A stretch of DNA of 63,778 nt, the filler included, from Stramenopiles sp. TOSAG23-3 (lineage: Eukaryota): the NCBI GenBank assembly GCA_900128585.1. It is 7 parts of 7 records of this genome, joined end to end, with 100 filler letters (N's around TTAATTAATTAA, not from the genome) between each part and the next. Parts side by side here need not be neighbours in the genome. Positions count along the whole stretch, not along the records: positions 1 to 26,461 come from LT642274.1; 6 more parts are not named here. One strand, 5' to 3'. Position numbers and translations under genes: made by a program. Under the pieces are notes generated by a model. It saw only the letters and a list, made by a program, of their open reading frames with translations, made no database searches and had not been told where the DNA came from. Below, piece by piece: positions 10,114 to 20,624 of the stretch. Numbering within the stretch: position 1 is the stretch's first letter; every line of letters begins with the position of its first letter.

Positions 10114-12795
10114 ATGCCTTTGAAGAAAAAAGGCACTCACAAGAGTCATCAAAGCAAAAAGTCACACGGGCGCGATTCAAAAGAAAATGCCGAGCATAAA
10201 AACAAGGATGTTGAAAAATCAAAGGGCAGGGGGCATCTTAAAGAGAACCAACCGTCTCTTAAGCATTTGGATGAAAGTCATTCCAAAGCAAAGCACCATC
10301 ATAAAGGGCACGGGGTGCATAAAGCGCGCCACAAGCATCACAAAAACCATGCTAAAATAACACACGAAGTCGAAGCTGCTGTTGATCAGAAAGTTGAATT
10401 AATGAGTACTTCTGCCATCAATTTAGATGAGATCATTAATGAGCATTGGACGTTAAAACAGGACCGTGCCATCGTTCGTGGTCGATGTTTTAATAAGAAG
10501 GAAAACTGGCAGGAGATTGATAAGCAAATCCAGAGGACTAGCCACGATAGACACGTGACCGAAGCAATATTAAAGGAACGCTTACACGCTCTCGAAAGCA
10601 CGCCATCATTAAGTTCGAGGTTTGATCTGCTAAAACTATCGGTGGAAGACGAGGTGTTGCAAAAAGGCCCCGGTGCAGCGGCGTCGTTTGGGGTGTTCGA
10701 ACCCTTTATGAAGAAGCAAGGCGTTGAAAGTCCGACGAAACGAAGGGAAGGGGACGGGAACTTGCAGATAAAATGTCATTCTAAGTCAAGTAGGGGGAGA
10801 GAGCCACCGACGCTCCAGGCTGTGAAATCTCAAGTGGAGCGATCGTCAAAGCTGCTGAAGGCAGTCTTGACCCACGACCGTGAGGTTTTGGGGGACTTGC
10901 TTATCGGTGGTTTAAGTGCCGACCCGTGCGTGCGGTATGACCATGGAAATAGTGTGCTCTCATTTCATGAAAATTGCGGAGAGTTCAAGAACGAAGTCAC
11001 AAATGGTTTCTGTGATTCAGACGTGTTGGAGTGCTTCCTTAGGTTTGCAGAGGACCCAACCCTGACCTCAAGATTTAAAGAAAATGTGCAAAAGTTGCGA
11101 AAATTTATCAAACGAGAGTCCATAGTTAAAGATGAGTTTCAAAATTCCTTAGATATGGAACTAAACAATGTGGCGGACGAGCTGCATAAAAAGCAGAAGG
11201 AAGAGGTAGAGGTATCCCTTGACTCTCTTGAAGAGCAACGGTTGGCTGAAATTCGAAAGGTGAATGAAAAGTATGATGCGTTGAAGGTTCAACAGCATGA
11301 GGTATGGAAGAAAACCCACGATGAGCAGCAATTTATCGTTAAAAACATGTTCAAGGGCGACTCCGATTTCGCTCTACGGGTCGCCTCAAGCAAAATTCAA
11401 CGTAAACGCAAAAATATTTTGAAGAAAAGCGTAGCAACGATTGAGGAGGACATGAAAAGTGTCTTCCATTACCAGACTCTCGTCCGGCTGTTGGTGTTGT
11501 CAGAATATTTGCATGTAGAGCATTTACGGGACGCCTGTATGGAGCAACTGACACGAGCGCCTGGCTCATATGAAAAAGAGTTGATCCTTGCAAATATTGA
11601 TAGCCCAGCACTGAATAGCTCGCTATTAGATCCATTTACAATCCGAAGCATGATCCAGAGGCTCTCGAACCGTGGGTTATTTGAGCTGATTGCCCAAGGC
11701 GACTTGTTCGCGTTCTGCGAACTTGCGCGTCGGGAATACGATGCGAGGATCAGAGATGCAGAAGACAAGTACACCCAATTAAAGAACGACGAACTTTTAC
11801 AATTGAGTAATACCTTAGAAAAGTTAAAGATGGAGAAGCAGACCAAGTTTAGGGGAGACTCTTGGTACCCGGATTTGGACGACGTGCCGGACGGATTTAC
11901 AAATGATGTAGTCGATGTGGAGGACCAGATTGTTGAACCGGCGGGCTGGAGAGCCATTCCCTTTGAAAACGCACTCTTGCACGAAATGCAGCGGCGAAGG
12001 TCTTATTCTTCCGTCAGAATCAATAAAGATAACCTGCCTTCCACAATGAAACTAGAATACAACGGAACTGTGTTGTCATTGACGAAGCCGTTCCAGTACG
12101 CCACGGCTCACGCGACGTTGCCTCGACGGGCCCATTCCTATGGGAAATGGATATTTGAAATCAAAATATTAGTTTGCCCATCGTTTGAGTCATCTGTTGC
12201 GGTCGGTTTTGACGTTCCCAGGGAACATGTATCGTGGAAACCCTCGTCGGTTGCGGCTACCCCGCGAGGCGCGATTGAAACGATTGGTCAAATAGGACAG
12301 AGGGGGGTGGCTGTGCCTGGAATTACTGTTGGTGGACATGGACGAGCAGGCATTGCCTGGAAAAGTGACGGCAAAAGAGAGAGCAGCATCTCCCTTCTAA
12401 ACGTAAACGGCAAGTCTTTTTCTTGGTTTGAATCCTTTGCGAAAAAGGATGTTATAACGATCACTTTAAACCAAGACTGTCCGATCCCGTTTGTGCAATT
12501 TTATAAAAATGGAGAGAAAATGATTGCATCCGACAAGTGCCAGAAATATTTGCGGGGCAGAATTAAAGACCGGTATTGGAAAGAAAAGCGAGAGCACTTA
12601 AACCTAGAAGGGTTGCTGATGGACGGGGATCTTCCGTTGTTGGATTATGAAAATTATGAGCTGCTGCCTGCCGTTTGTTTATATTCTAGTCTAAGAAACG
12701 GAAGTCCACGAGTATCCTGCAACTTCGGTGGTCCGTTTGAATATCCAGTAGAAGGGCATGAAGGATATGGAGCATCTATTGATAAGAAAAAGTGA
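10114..12795 (+). CDS. SPRY-domain protein with a possible interrupted BTB domain and a His/Lys-rich N-terminus
   Basis: C-terminal SPRY motifs GKWIFEIKI, VAVGF, KDVITITLN, VQFYKNG, LLPAVCL, NFGGPFEYP. BTB-like helices DSDVLECFLRF and LLVLSEYLHVEHLRDACMEQL. Confidence 0.65.
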   Translation: MPLKKKGTHKSHQSKKSHGRDSKENAEHKNKDVEKSKGRGHLKENQPSLKHLDESHSKAKHHHKGHGVHKARHKHHKNHAKITHEVEAAVDQKVELMSTSAINLDEIINEHWTLKQDRAIVRGRCFNKKENWQEIDKQIQRTSHDRHVTEAILKERLHALESTPSLSSRFDLLKLSVEDEVLQKGPGAAASFGVFEPFMKKQGVESPTKRREGDGNLQIKCHSKSSRGREPPTLQAVKSQVERSSKLLKAVLTHDREVLGDLLIGGLSADPCVRYDHGNSVLSFHENCGEFKNEVTNGFCDSDVLECFLRFAEDPTLTSRFKENVQKLRKFIKRESIVKDEFQNSLDMELNNVADELHKKQKEEVEVSLDSLEEQRLAEIRKVNEKYDALKVQQHEVWKKTHDEQQFIVKNMFKGDSDFALRVASSKIQRKRKNILKKSVATIEEDMKSVFHYQTLVRLLVLSEYLHVEHLRDACMEQLTRAPGSYEKELILANIDSPALNSSLLDPFTIRSMIQRLSNRGLFELIAQGDLFAFCELARREYDARIRDAEDKYTQLKNDELLQLSNTLEKLKMEKQTKFRGDSWYPDLDDVPDGFTNDVVDVEDQIVEPAGWRAIPFENALLHEMQRRRSYSSVRINKDNLPSTMKLEYNGTVLSLTKPFQYATAHATLPRRAHSYGKWIFEIKILVCPSFESSVAVGFDVPREHVSWKPSSVAATPRGAIETIGQIGQRGVAVPGITVGGHGRAGIAWKSDGKRESSISLLNVNGKSFSWFESFAKKDVITITLNQDCPIPFVQFYKNGEKMIASDKCQKYLRGRIKDRYWKEKREHLNLEGLLMDGDLPLLDYENYELLPAVCLYSSLRNGSPRVSCNFGGPFEYPVEGHEGYGASIDKKK

Positions 12796-13370
12796 GAACT
12801 TTGTTCGGCCTCTAAAAGAATGAGATGCATGCATGATGAAATAATATGATATCCTGACATATACAACAACAATCTGTACAAAAACTACCTGGTACCAGGT
12901 AATTATATACAACACCACAACCGGTATAAAAGTAGAAGGATTAGACAGGACAGAAGAAGAAAGAGAGGAACTCCTCCGTCTAAATTATTTGTCGTATAAT
13001 TATAATATTCTATTGTTCTTTTTTAGGAAATTATTTTTTTTTTTGTGTCTTTTTTTTTTTCAAAAAAAAAAATAATATTATAATAGATAGAATAAAAAGA
13101 ACTTACTTGTTTGTTAGTAGTCGTCTACAACATCTTTATTTATAATTAACCAAGAAGAAGCTGGAAAATCTGGCACAATTACTTGGCGCAGCAATACGAT
13201 ACGTACACATCTTCAACGATTTGAAGCAATCGAACGCTCACTTCTTATACGAAAAATTTCGTTTGACGTACTGCCCGCTGTTCACCTACCTTGGGCAGCC
13301 TCTTTAAACGTGCAATTGTCTAGTGGTTTTGGGGCGAAGAGCCTGCTTGCTCGAAGTTTTGCTGGTTCCT

Positions 13371-14510
13371 ATGGCTTCGTTGGCGATAAAACCTTCTACT
13401 GCAGCTTTGGGAGACCAGTTTTGCGACGATGTTTGTGCGATATGTGAGACTTCGTATGACCTTAGGGTGTGCGATGGATTTTGTTTCCGTTCTTTTCACG
13501 CGGACTGCGTGGAAGCCGATAATAGACCGCCGACAGAGGCCGGGCAATATTGGGCATGCTACGACTGCTTGCACGGGATTCATCGGTGCTTCGGCTGCAA
13601 ACAGTATGGGAAAGATGATCATATGGCAATGATACCGTGTACTATTCCTACGTGCGGGATACGATATCATAAAAAATGTCTTCCCAATGTAAAGGATATG
13701 TCTTTAGTGGATGATGAATTTCTTGATAATTTTGTGTGTCCTTTTCATGCGTGCACAACCTGTGGTAACAGCGATTCGTTTGCCTTGCTCAAGTGTTTCC
13801 GTTGTCCAACTGCATATTGTAACAAGTGCGCACCAAGTTCCATCATCAATCTTTCAAGCAAATTGTTTGTTTGTAAGCGCCATTCCGTCGAGTCTAGAGT
13901 TCTTGGTGCGATACCAATGAAGATGATAAAGCGCTTGCGAGTTGCTCCTCTAAGAAAACGGTGCCGATTACCATCAAAGTTTGGCTATAATTTTGGAACA
14001 AATGTCGAAAACGGCTCAGTGAAGGACAATGTTGTTGGTACGAAACGGGTTCGGCCGGTTGAAAAGGTCAAAGATACGGTCAATTGGGGGGACATGAATA
14101 CTTCTGCGGCTTTGGTTATGGGCAAGTCAGGAAAAGTAGAAAGTGCGTTACAATCACAACCAGGAAAATCGCTTGCGAACAGTTCCCTGGATGCGATAAA
14201 GGAGAGAATGCAGGAAAGGGAGAAGGTAATAAAACGTAGAAAATTGAAGCACGATCAAAAAGAACAAGACGAGAAAAAGCAGCTGGAAAATGTGAAGGTG
14301 TACGCAAAACTGTCGTCTGAGGCGAGAAAAATAGAACGGAGTAAGCCGAGAATGAGGACTGCCCAGGACATGCTGAAGGTACATTCAAAAATACTCAAAA
14401 GAGTAAAAGGTTGGATTGATCAACGCAAAGAGGTGATCGGAAAACGGGAAGACTTTCTCGAATTCCTTGATTACAAGTACAAGGAAAGCAACGTGGTCAA
14501 AACTGGTTAA
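13371..14510 (+). CDS. Tandem PHD-finger chromatin protein (NSD/EDM2-type fingers, no SET domain)
   Basis: CAIC...CDGFCFRSFHADC...CYDC...HRCFGC...CTIPTCGIRYHKKC...CPFHACTTC...CFRCPTAYCNKC, followed by a basic coiled-coil tail. Confidence 0.8.
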   Translation: MASLAIKPSTAALGDQFCDDVCAICETSYDLRVCDGFCFRSFHADCVEADNRPPTEAGQYWACYDCLHGIHRCFGCKQYGKDDHMAMIPCTIPTCGIRYHKKCLPNVKDMSLVDDEFLDNFVCPFHACTTCGNSDSFALLKCFRCPTAYCNKCAPSSIINLSSKLFVCKRHSVESRVLGAIPMKMIKRLRVAPLRKRCRLPSKFGYNFGTNVENGSVKDNVVGTKRVRPVEKVKDTVNWGDMNTSAALVMGKSGKVESALQSQPGKSLANSSLDAIKERMQEREKVIKRRKLKHDQKEQDEKKQLENVKVYAKLSSEARKIERSKPRMRTAQDMLKVHSKILKRVKGWIDQRKEVIGKREDFLEFLDYKYKESNVVKTG

Positions 14511-14519
14511 GTGTTAAAT

Positions 14520-15015
14520 GTGATATTAAACCAAAATATTGGCTGTTATTTAAAGCAGTAATTAAACTTTATCTTCTTCGTGTACCGCGAATGTAAATCT
14601 GCTCCTTTCTGAAAATTAAAGTGTCAGAATATATTTCTCGATTTAAATAACAGCCAATTTTCTTGTTTTTTAAAACAAGAAAATTGGCTGTTATTTATTA
14701 TTATTATTAGAGTAAATAGTATGTAATTAAATTTAGCTTCCTATATAATTTCTTAAGTAATTAAATTTAGCTTCCTCATAGACCCTAATCCTAACTTTGT
14801 TCCAATTTTTTGTTTTTGAAAAAAAAAGAAGATTAAAAAACAAAGAAAATTGGCTTTATTTATTAGTCTAATAAGTAACAGCCAATTTTTCGTTTTTATT
14901 AAAGTAATTATAATATGATGTAGTGCTTTAAATAACAGCCAATTTTTCGTTTTTATGAAGAAGAAACTCATAGTGCGGAGTACTAAAATAACAGCCTAAT
15001 TTTTCGTTTTTAAAA
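14520..15015. repeat. Cluster of TAAATAACAGCCAATTTT(C/T) motifs in both orientations, including a perfect palindrome
   Basis: At least six copies lie between two convergent genes. 14644-14669 and 14672-14697 are perfect 26-bp inverted arms with a 2-nt loop. Confidence 0.9.
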
Positions 15016-15024
15016 ACTTAAAAT

Positions 15025-17514
15025 TTAATCAGTAGGCGTGGCAGCAATCCCGAAAAGTTCAAACCATGGACTTGATAAAGCTTGCTTGGCAGTTGCACGA
15101 TCAGATGGATTTACAACTAACAGGTCCAAGATCAACTGCTTTGCTTCCGATGTCGTGCTCTCAAAGCAGCTGCCTGAAAAGCTCACTGTGCTGCTCACAC
15201 ATTTTTCGTAAGGGCGAAACGGAGAATACCCCGCGAGCAGCTCGAACATAATAATTCCAACACTCCACAAATCTGCAGATTTTCCGTATGCCTCCTTTAG
15301 CAGGATTTCCGGTGCAATATATCCTGGTGTGCCGCACACTCCAGTAAATGGAACTTTGTGCACGTCCCCGGTCAACCTAAAGTATTTTACATTTGGTACC
15401 TTTCGTGCCAGTCCAAAGTCGCATATCTGAACGCGGCCAATATTCTCGTTGACTATACCGCTGCCGGGAGTGTAATTACTATGCGTTGCCGTACTGTTTC
15501 CAAACCCGTACTTGCCCTCTTGGTTCACAATTGGCGCCTTGTTTAGCAATATATTGTCCGGCTTTAAATCCGAATGCAGAATTCCGTTGTCATGCAAATG
15601 AGAAACCGCGAGCAGCAGTTCGTGCACTATCTGGCACGCACTTCGCTCCGGAAGGCGCCCATAGTAACACTCGGCCAAAGTCCCTTCCGTGGCTTGCTCC
15701 ATCACCAAGTGAAGGGAGTTTTCATCCTCATACACTTCATACAGCTGCACAATGTTAGGGTGGTGGAATCGCAAGTGAATCTCAATCTCGGTGCGTACAC
15801 TCTGCCGCTCGACCTCTGTAATCAAATATTTTTTATTGATGGACTTGATCGCAAACTCCCCGCCAAGTTTCTTGTGCTTGCATTTATAAACACGAGAATA
15901 TGTGCCATAGCCGGAGGCAAATTTCTCTGTTTCGTAAATATCAGAGACGGCCGTGTGGTGGATAAACCATGGTTTCAACTCGTCGAAGCTTTTTGCCTTT
16001 GGAGAGTTGTCTTCGGGTTCCAATGCATACAGACGCGCTTTGGGCTGTTCCGTGTTGACACTCAACACTGTCGGATTTGACGAAGGCAGCGCCTCGCTTT
16101 TTTTCAGAGCGCTCACTCCAGTGGAGAGCGCAAGTGGGGGGATTGAATCGGGAGAGACTTCCACCTGAAACCGCAAAACAGGAGAGACGTGAATGGATTT
16201 ATCAGAATTTTTTAGTGCTGTTGCGCGCTCGTCTTTGCTTTTGGATTGGGTGTTTTCCACTCTCGGTTTTTCATAGAAAGTGTCGTTTTTGTCTATTGGC
16301 AAATGAACCGTCCAGTTTTTCTTCTTCAATTGTATGCCATGTCCGGTCAATGGCATTGGTGGAACCTTCTCCCGCCGGGACCCGTCAGGCGCGGCTGGCT
16401 CTTCCCACTTTTTTCCAATCAAGTTAAACGATTGGCCCATAAAAGACTCCACCTCTCCCCCACTATTCCGTGCGCTACGGTGTGTTTTGCCTGGACTTGC
16501 CCGATGTCTACTGTTCGTGCTTTCTATTAAACGCGCCTCGCCTATGTGGTTGTACACCATATGGTCCGGATCACTTTTCGATCGCTCTTGTACCGGCCTG
16601 GCACCGGCCATGCTCTGGTTGGACTCCATGGCAATCTTTGTCCGCAGTCTCAAACTCTCCTTGAAATTTGCCAAATAATTTTTCCCCTTTGTTTTTCCTG
16701 TATCGATGGGACCTTCAAGGGTCTTTGCATCGGTGCCCATGCCCTTCTCCAAAATTTCCCGCCTCTTTCCCGCTCGCTTTGAAGCAATTTCCGCAGCGTA
16801 AAGAATCCAGTCATCATTCGAGTCGCTAAACCCTCTCAACTTGGAGACTGACGGTATCTTTCGCTTGAACTCCTTGCGTGGGTCGCTTGTGTTGCGCTGA
16901 CGAGATTCTCGGAGAGATTCGAAGCTCTTTCCAGCACTCCTAGTTGCGCTGGACAGAAATCCCAACTCGTCGTTTTTATTTACAATAGCCCCGCCATCAG
17001 TGCCGCCCTTTCCCCGTTCCGCAATGCTAAACTGGCCTCTGACGCTGTAGTCGGTATCAAAAAATGAGGACGCCGCGGTAACAACTGTCGGCGGAATTTT
17101 CCGTTTGAATTTTGGGCTCCATGTTTCCCAGATTTCAGCTGATTTGCTGTTGTATGATGCTGATTTTTCTGTGTGGTTTCGCGCTTCTAACGTGTTCGCG
17201 GGCTTCGACTTGTTGAGCAGCTTCCTCTCGTAGCGCCTTCTCAGCTTGTTGAATTGTAAATGGTTGTGAAACGTGCCTGTGTGCGGGTTTTGCCGAATAC
17301 TTTTTCGCTTCTCCCACTCCTCCTCCGGTATAATTTGGTTGTTGAAATACTTTGCCCCCACATTTCCTGCAGTCGGGGCGTGATGAAATGTTCCAAGGTA
17401 AGGGTTCCGAGACGACATCCTTGCAAAAACCTTGTACCCCCGCTTCCTGTTGCCGCCACCACTGCCGTGGCCTTCGTCATTCATTTGCATAGCCACAGAC
17501 CTGACCCTCCGCAT
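15025..17514 (-). CDS. CAMK-group Ser/Thr protein kinase with a long disordered N-terminus
   Basis: GYGTYSRV, FAIK, HPNIVQLYEV, HSDLKPDN, DFG, GTPGYIAPE, DLWSVG. Confidence 0.9.
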   Translation of the reverse strand: MRRVRSVAMQMNDEGHGSGGGNRKRGYKVFARMSSRNPYLGTFHHAPTAGNVGAKYFNNQIIPEEEWEKRKSIRQNPHTGTFHNHLQFNKLRRRYERKLLNKSKPANTLEARNHTEKSASYNSKSAEIWETWSPKFKRKIPPTVVTAASSFFDTDYSVRGQFSIAERGKGGTDGGAIVNKNDELGFLSSATRSAGKSFESLRESRQRNTSDPRKEFKRKIPSVSKLRGFSDSNDDWILYAAEIASKRAGKRREILEKGMGTDAKTLEGPIDTGKTKGKNYLANFKESLRLRTKIAMESNQSMAGARPVQERSKSDPDHMVYNHIGEARLIESTNSRHRASPGKTHRSARNSGGEVESFMGQSFNLIGKKWEEPAAPDGSRREKVPPMPLTGHGIQLKKKNWTVHLPIDKNDTFYEKPRVENTQSKSKDERATALKNSDKSIHVSPVLRFQVEVSPDSIPPLALSTGVSALKKSEALPSSNPTVLSVNTEQPKARLYALEPEDNSPKAKSFDELKPWFIHHTAVSDIYETEKFASGYGTYSRVYKCKHKKLGGEFAIKSINKKYLITEVERQSVRTEIEIHLRFHHPNIVQLYEVYEDENSLHLVMEQATEGTLAECYYGRLPERSACQIVHELLLAVSHLHDNGILHSDLKPDNILLNKAPIVNQEGKYGFGNSTATHSNYTPGSGIVNENIGRVQICDFGLARKVPNVKYFRLTGDVHKVPFTGVCGTPGYIAPEILLKEAYGKSADLWSVGIIMFELLAGYSPFRPYEKCVSSTVSFSGSCFESTTSEAKQLILDLLVVNPSDRATAKQALSSPWFELFGIAATPTD

Positions 17515-19029
17515 GTTTGAACACTGGGAAAATCTCTCTCTCTCTCTCTTGGTGGCTATATTGTAAACAGGGGGTCAATGGTTCATAAAACGTTTTTATT
17601 CCCTGTTGTGAACCATTTTGTCTTCTTCGAATACATACATGCTTACAAAAGCGTTAAATACAAAAACACGAGACACAAGAAATAAAAAAAGAAGAGATAA
17701 TAAAATAATTATTATTATTATAGTTTTTTTTTTTTATTATTATTATTATTTTTTTTTTCATCATGGTGGTGGAGGAGGGGGAGAGGAGGATGATGATGAT
17801 TACCACTATCCTCCTCTGCAAGAACAGTGTCACACCATCTACAGTATAAAATACAAATTATTTTATACCTGGTGGTTTCAGGTAGTAATAAAGCTATTTT
17901 AGTATATTATAATAATAAAAAAACAAAGAAGAAGAAGAAACTCTTCTTTAAAAAAAAATAACAAACAACAGCAGGGGGAATGATAAATTCACGCAAGATT
18001 TTTTCGAATTATTTTTTTAATTATTTATTATTACATACGAGGACTGTAGTATTTATTTATTAAAAAAAGTAATCAGACCTATTATTATACGACTAGTAAT
18101 ATATCATAGTCTAATAATAGATACGTCATTTTTTGTTTTCATTGTTCTGTGTTCTGTGTACTCCACTCCTTCTTCTTTCTTTCCTTCTTTCTTTCCTTCT
18201 TTCTGTAGTGGAGTATGATCATTACTCGTATTTGACTTAAAGTTGCATCTACACAGGTAGTAACTTTCTTTTAACTAGTCCTATAATTATTAAAAATTAT
18301 AATACATAGGCGTAGTCTAGGAAGTGCGGTCAAGAACTGTAGTCTTTTATGTCATAGTCCTCCTTGAAAAAAACTAATAAATAAAAAGAGGAGTTTAAAT
18401 TGATTTGACTTTGTGCCTTCTTATTTTGACTCTACCGGTACGTACCGTAAATAGACTAATATAAGTGGACTAAGTATTTGAAGAGGAGAGAAAGAGAGGT
18501 GTACAGAGGATATTATACAATGTTTATACATATTATACGACGTACTGGTGGAGAGATAGATGGTGGGGATTGTATTATATTATTTAGACTACTAATAAAT
18601 AATGATTCATCACACACAACCAAGCAAGACCGCATCATCGATCACATCTCAACAACGAACAACAACAACAACAAACGAAATAAAAAAAATGATTTATTTC
18701 TTTTTTTTTTTTTATTATAGATCCTCGTATACTGTACCATATTGGTAGAAGTCTAGAGAAGAAGAAGACGATTAATAATAATTATATAATTTTTTTATTA
18801 TTTAATTTTATTATTAATTATATACAGTATACTGTATTATTTTTTTATTATTATTTTATTATATCAATCACACATAATTATTATCAATTTATTCCACAAA
18901 TGAACAAATGTTTGGTTACATCGTAACTACACTTAATTTTTTGAATTCCAATGGAAAAAGGTAAGTAGAACGTATCTTAAAAGGATTATATATATAAAGT
19001 ATTTGAGTACAAGTTTTTGTGGAACCTTC

Positions 19030-19620
19030 ATGATGCCGATAAGGGAGTTGTGTTCGACTGCACTTGTCGCGTTATTCCTTGTTGCGAGTGCAACTGCACT
19101 GGCTGTACCGGGGGGCTCGTTAATAGAGACCCAGGAAGACCCTGCGCTCTTGAAATGCGGAAATTTTACGCCAACCTTTTGTGGAATGGTGAACTGGAAC
19201 GTGGCGAAAGCGAGGCTCGTGGGGACAGATAGTCAAGAGATGCTGATTCAAATGTCATATTTCAACCAGCCAGGCACGTGGAACTGTAAAAAAGAGTACA
19301 AAGAATTTCAGTGCAGAATAAGTTTTCCCATGTGTAGCACAAAGCAGCCGGTGATGCCCCCGTGCCGATCGTCATGCGAAGAATTCGCACAGCGCTGCCC
19401 TGGATCTGATGTGTCCTGCGAAGATTTAGTTGCCGGGGACAAAGGGTGCTACGTGTTTAATTATGCGGACTACATCGCCAAAAAAGAAGCGCAAGTAAGC
19501 GGTGGTGGAAAGTTAAGCGGGGTTGCAATTATTATCTTGACGTTTGTTGTCCTTTTTATTTTCAGCGGTGCGGCGTTCATGTCGCAAAAGATGCAGACTC
19601 AGTTCGAGAAAGCCCAGTAA
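19030..19620 (+). CDS. Single-pass membrane protein with a Frizzled-type cysteine-rich domain
   Basis: Signal peptide, then 10 Cys in FZ-CRD spacing (C..FQC...FPMC...PCRSSCEE...RC...C...C), then a C-terminal TM helix VAIIILTFVVLFIFSGAAFM. Confidence 0.75.
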   Translation: MMPIRELCSTALVALFLVASATALAVPGGSLIETQEDPALLKCGNFTPTFCGMVNWNVAKARLVGTDSQEMLIQMSYFNQPGTWNCKKEYKEFQCRISFPMCSTKQPVMPPCRSSCEEFAQRCPGSDVSCEDLVAGDKGCYVFNYADYIAKKEAQVSGGGKLSGVAIIILTFVVLFIFSGAAFMSQKMQTQFEKAQ

Positions 19621-20624
19621 CCATGAAGTGGTCACAAAGATGCTTACGATCCGTTAGAATTTGAATGGCGGGTCATGATTATAGTAAAACAACCCAGTAC
19701 ATTTTATAACTTGATAGATAATAAAAAAACCTGATAGTTGTTAATACATAATAATAGAAAGGAGGACGGACGGAGAAGAAGAGAGAGAAGAATACATTTA
19801 CAAAAATGAAGATCCAATCGAGCAAAAAAGCTCAGCTCAAAACGTTAACCCTATTCTTAAACTCTAACTCGTAGAAAACGAGTTTTCAAAAGTCACCTTC
19901 GCCAGTTTTAAGCAGATTTAAGACGATTAAAATAAATGAAGAATGATCAACAAATGAAGAAGAGGAGTTACAATTTTTGAATGGCTTCTTTCTTTTTTCT
20001 TTTTTCTGATTTTTTCCTTTTATTGCCGATAAGTAGTTAGCTTTTACAGAGAAGTAAAAAAATATTAGTATACTGTGTCTACCTATCAGATATTATAAAT
20101 AATACGAATAAGATACGTTTTTATTTTTTAAAATTTGTACTTTCTTATTTTTCCCTATTCTTCTTCTTGATCTTATTTATACGTATATATATAGAATAAC
20201 AAAATATTCATCATCGCGCCTCTCTCTTCCTTCTCCTCCTCTTCTTCTTCTTCTTCTCTTCTATCATCTTCTTTCTCTCCTCGCTCCCTCCAATTTTTTT
20301 TAATTATTAATATTCTTCCTCCTCTCTTCTTTTTCTCTTCTTTATTCTTCCTTCTTATTATATATTTTTTTGTAGTAGTAGTCTTAAATAATAATAAATA
20401 ATGATCGACACGCAAAGTTAAAATGTAAGACAGGCCAATCATGTACGAGGAATGATAACTGATTGGATTGCGAGTGGTTTGGTGGTAGTCGGGAACAAAA
20501 CCAAAGGTAGATGATCACGAAGTGAGGTTGCACAGTTAATATTCTTTATTCTATCGAGTAGTGGAATAGGGACAAAGGTGTATCGATTTGAGTTGTCGTT
20601 ACTTTTGGTTTTTTTCCAACCACC

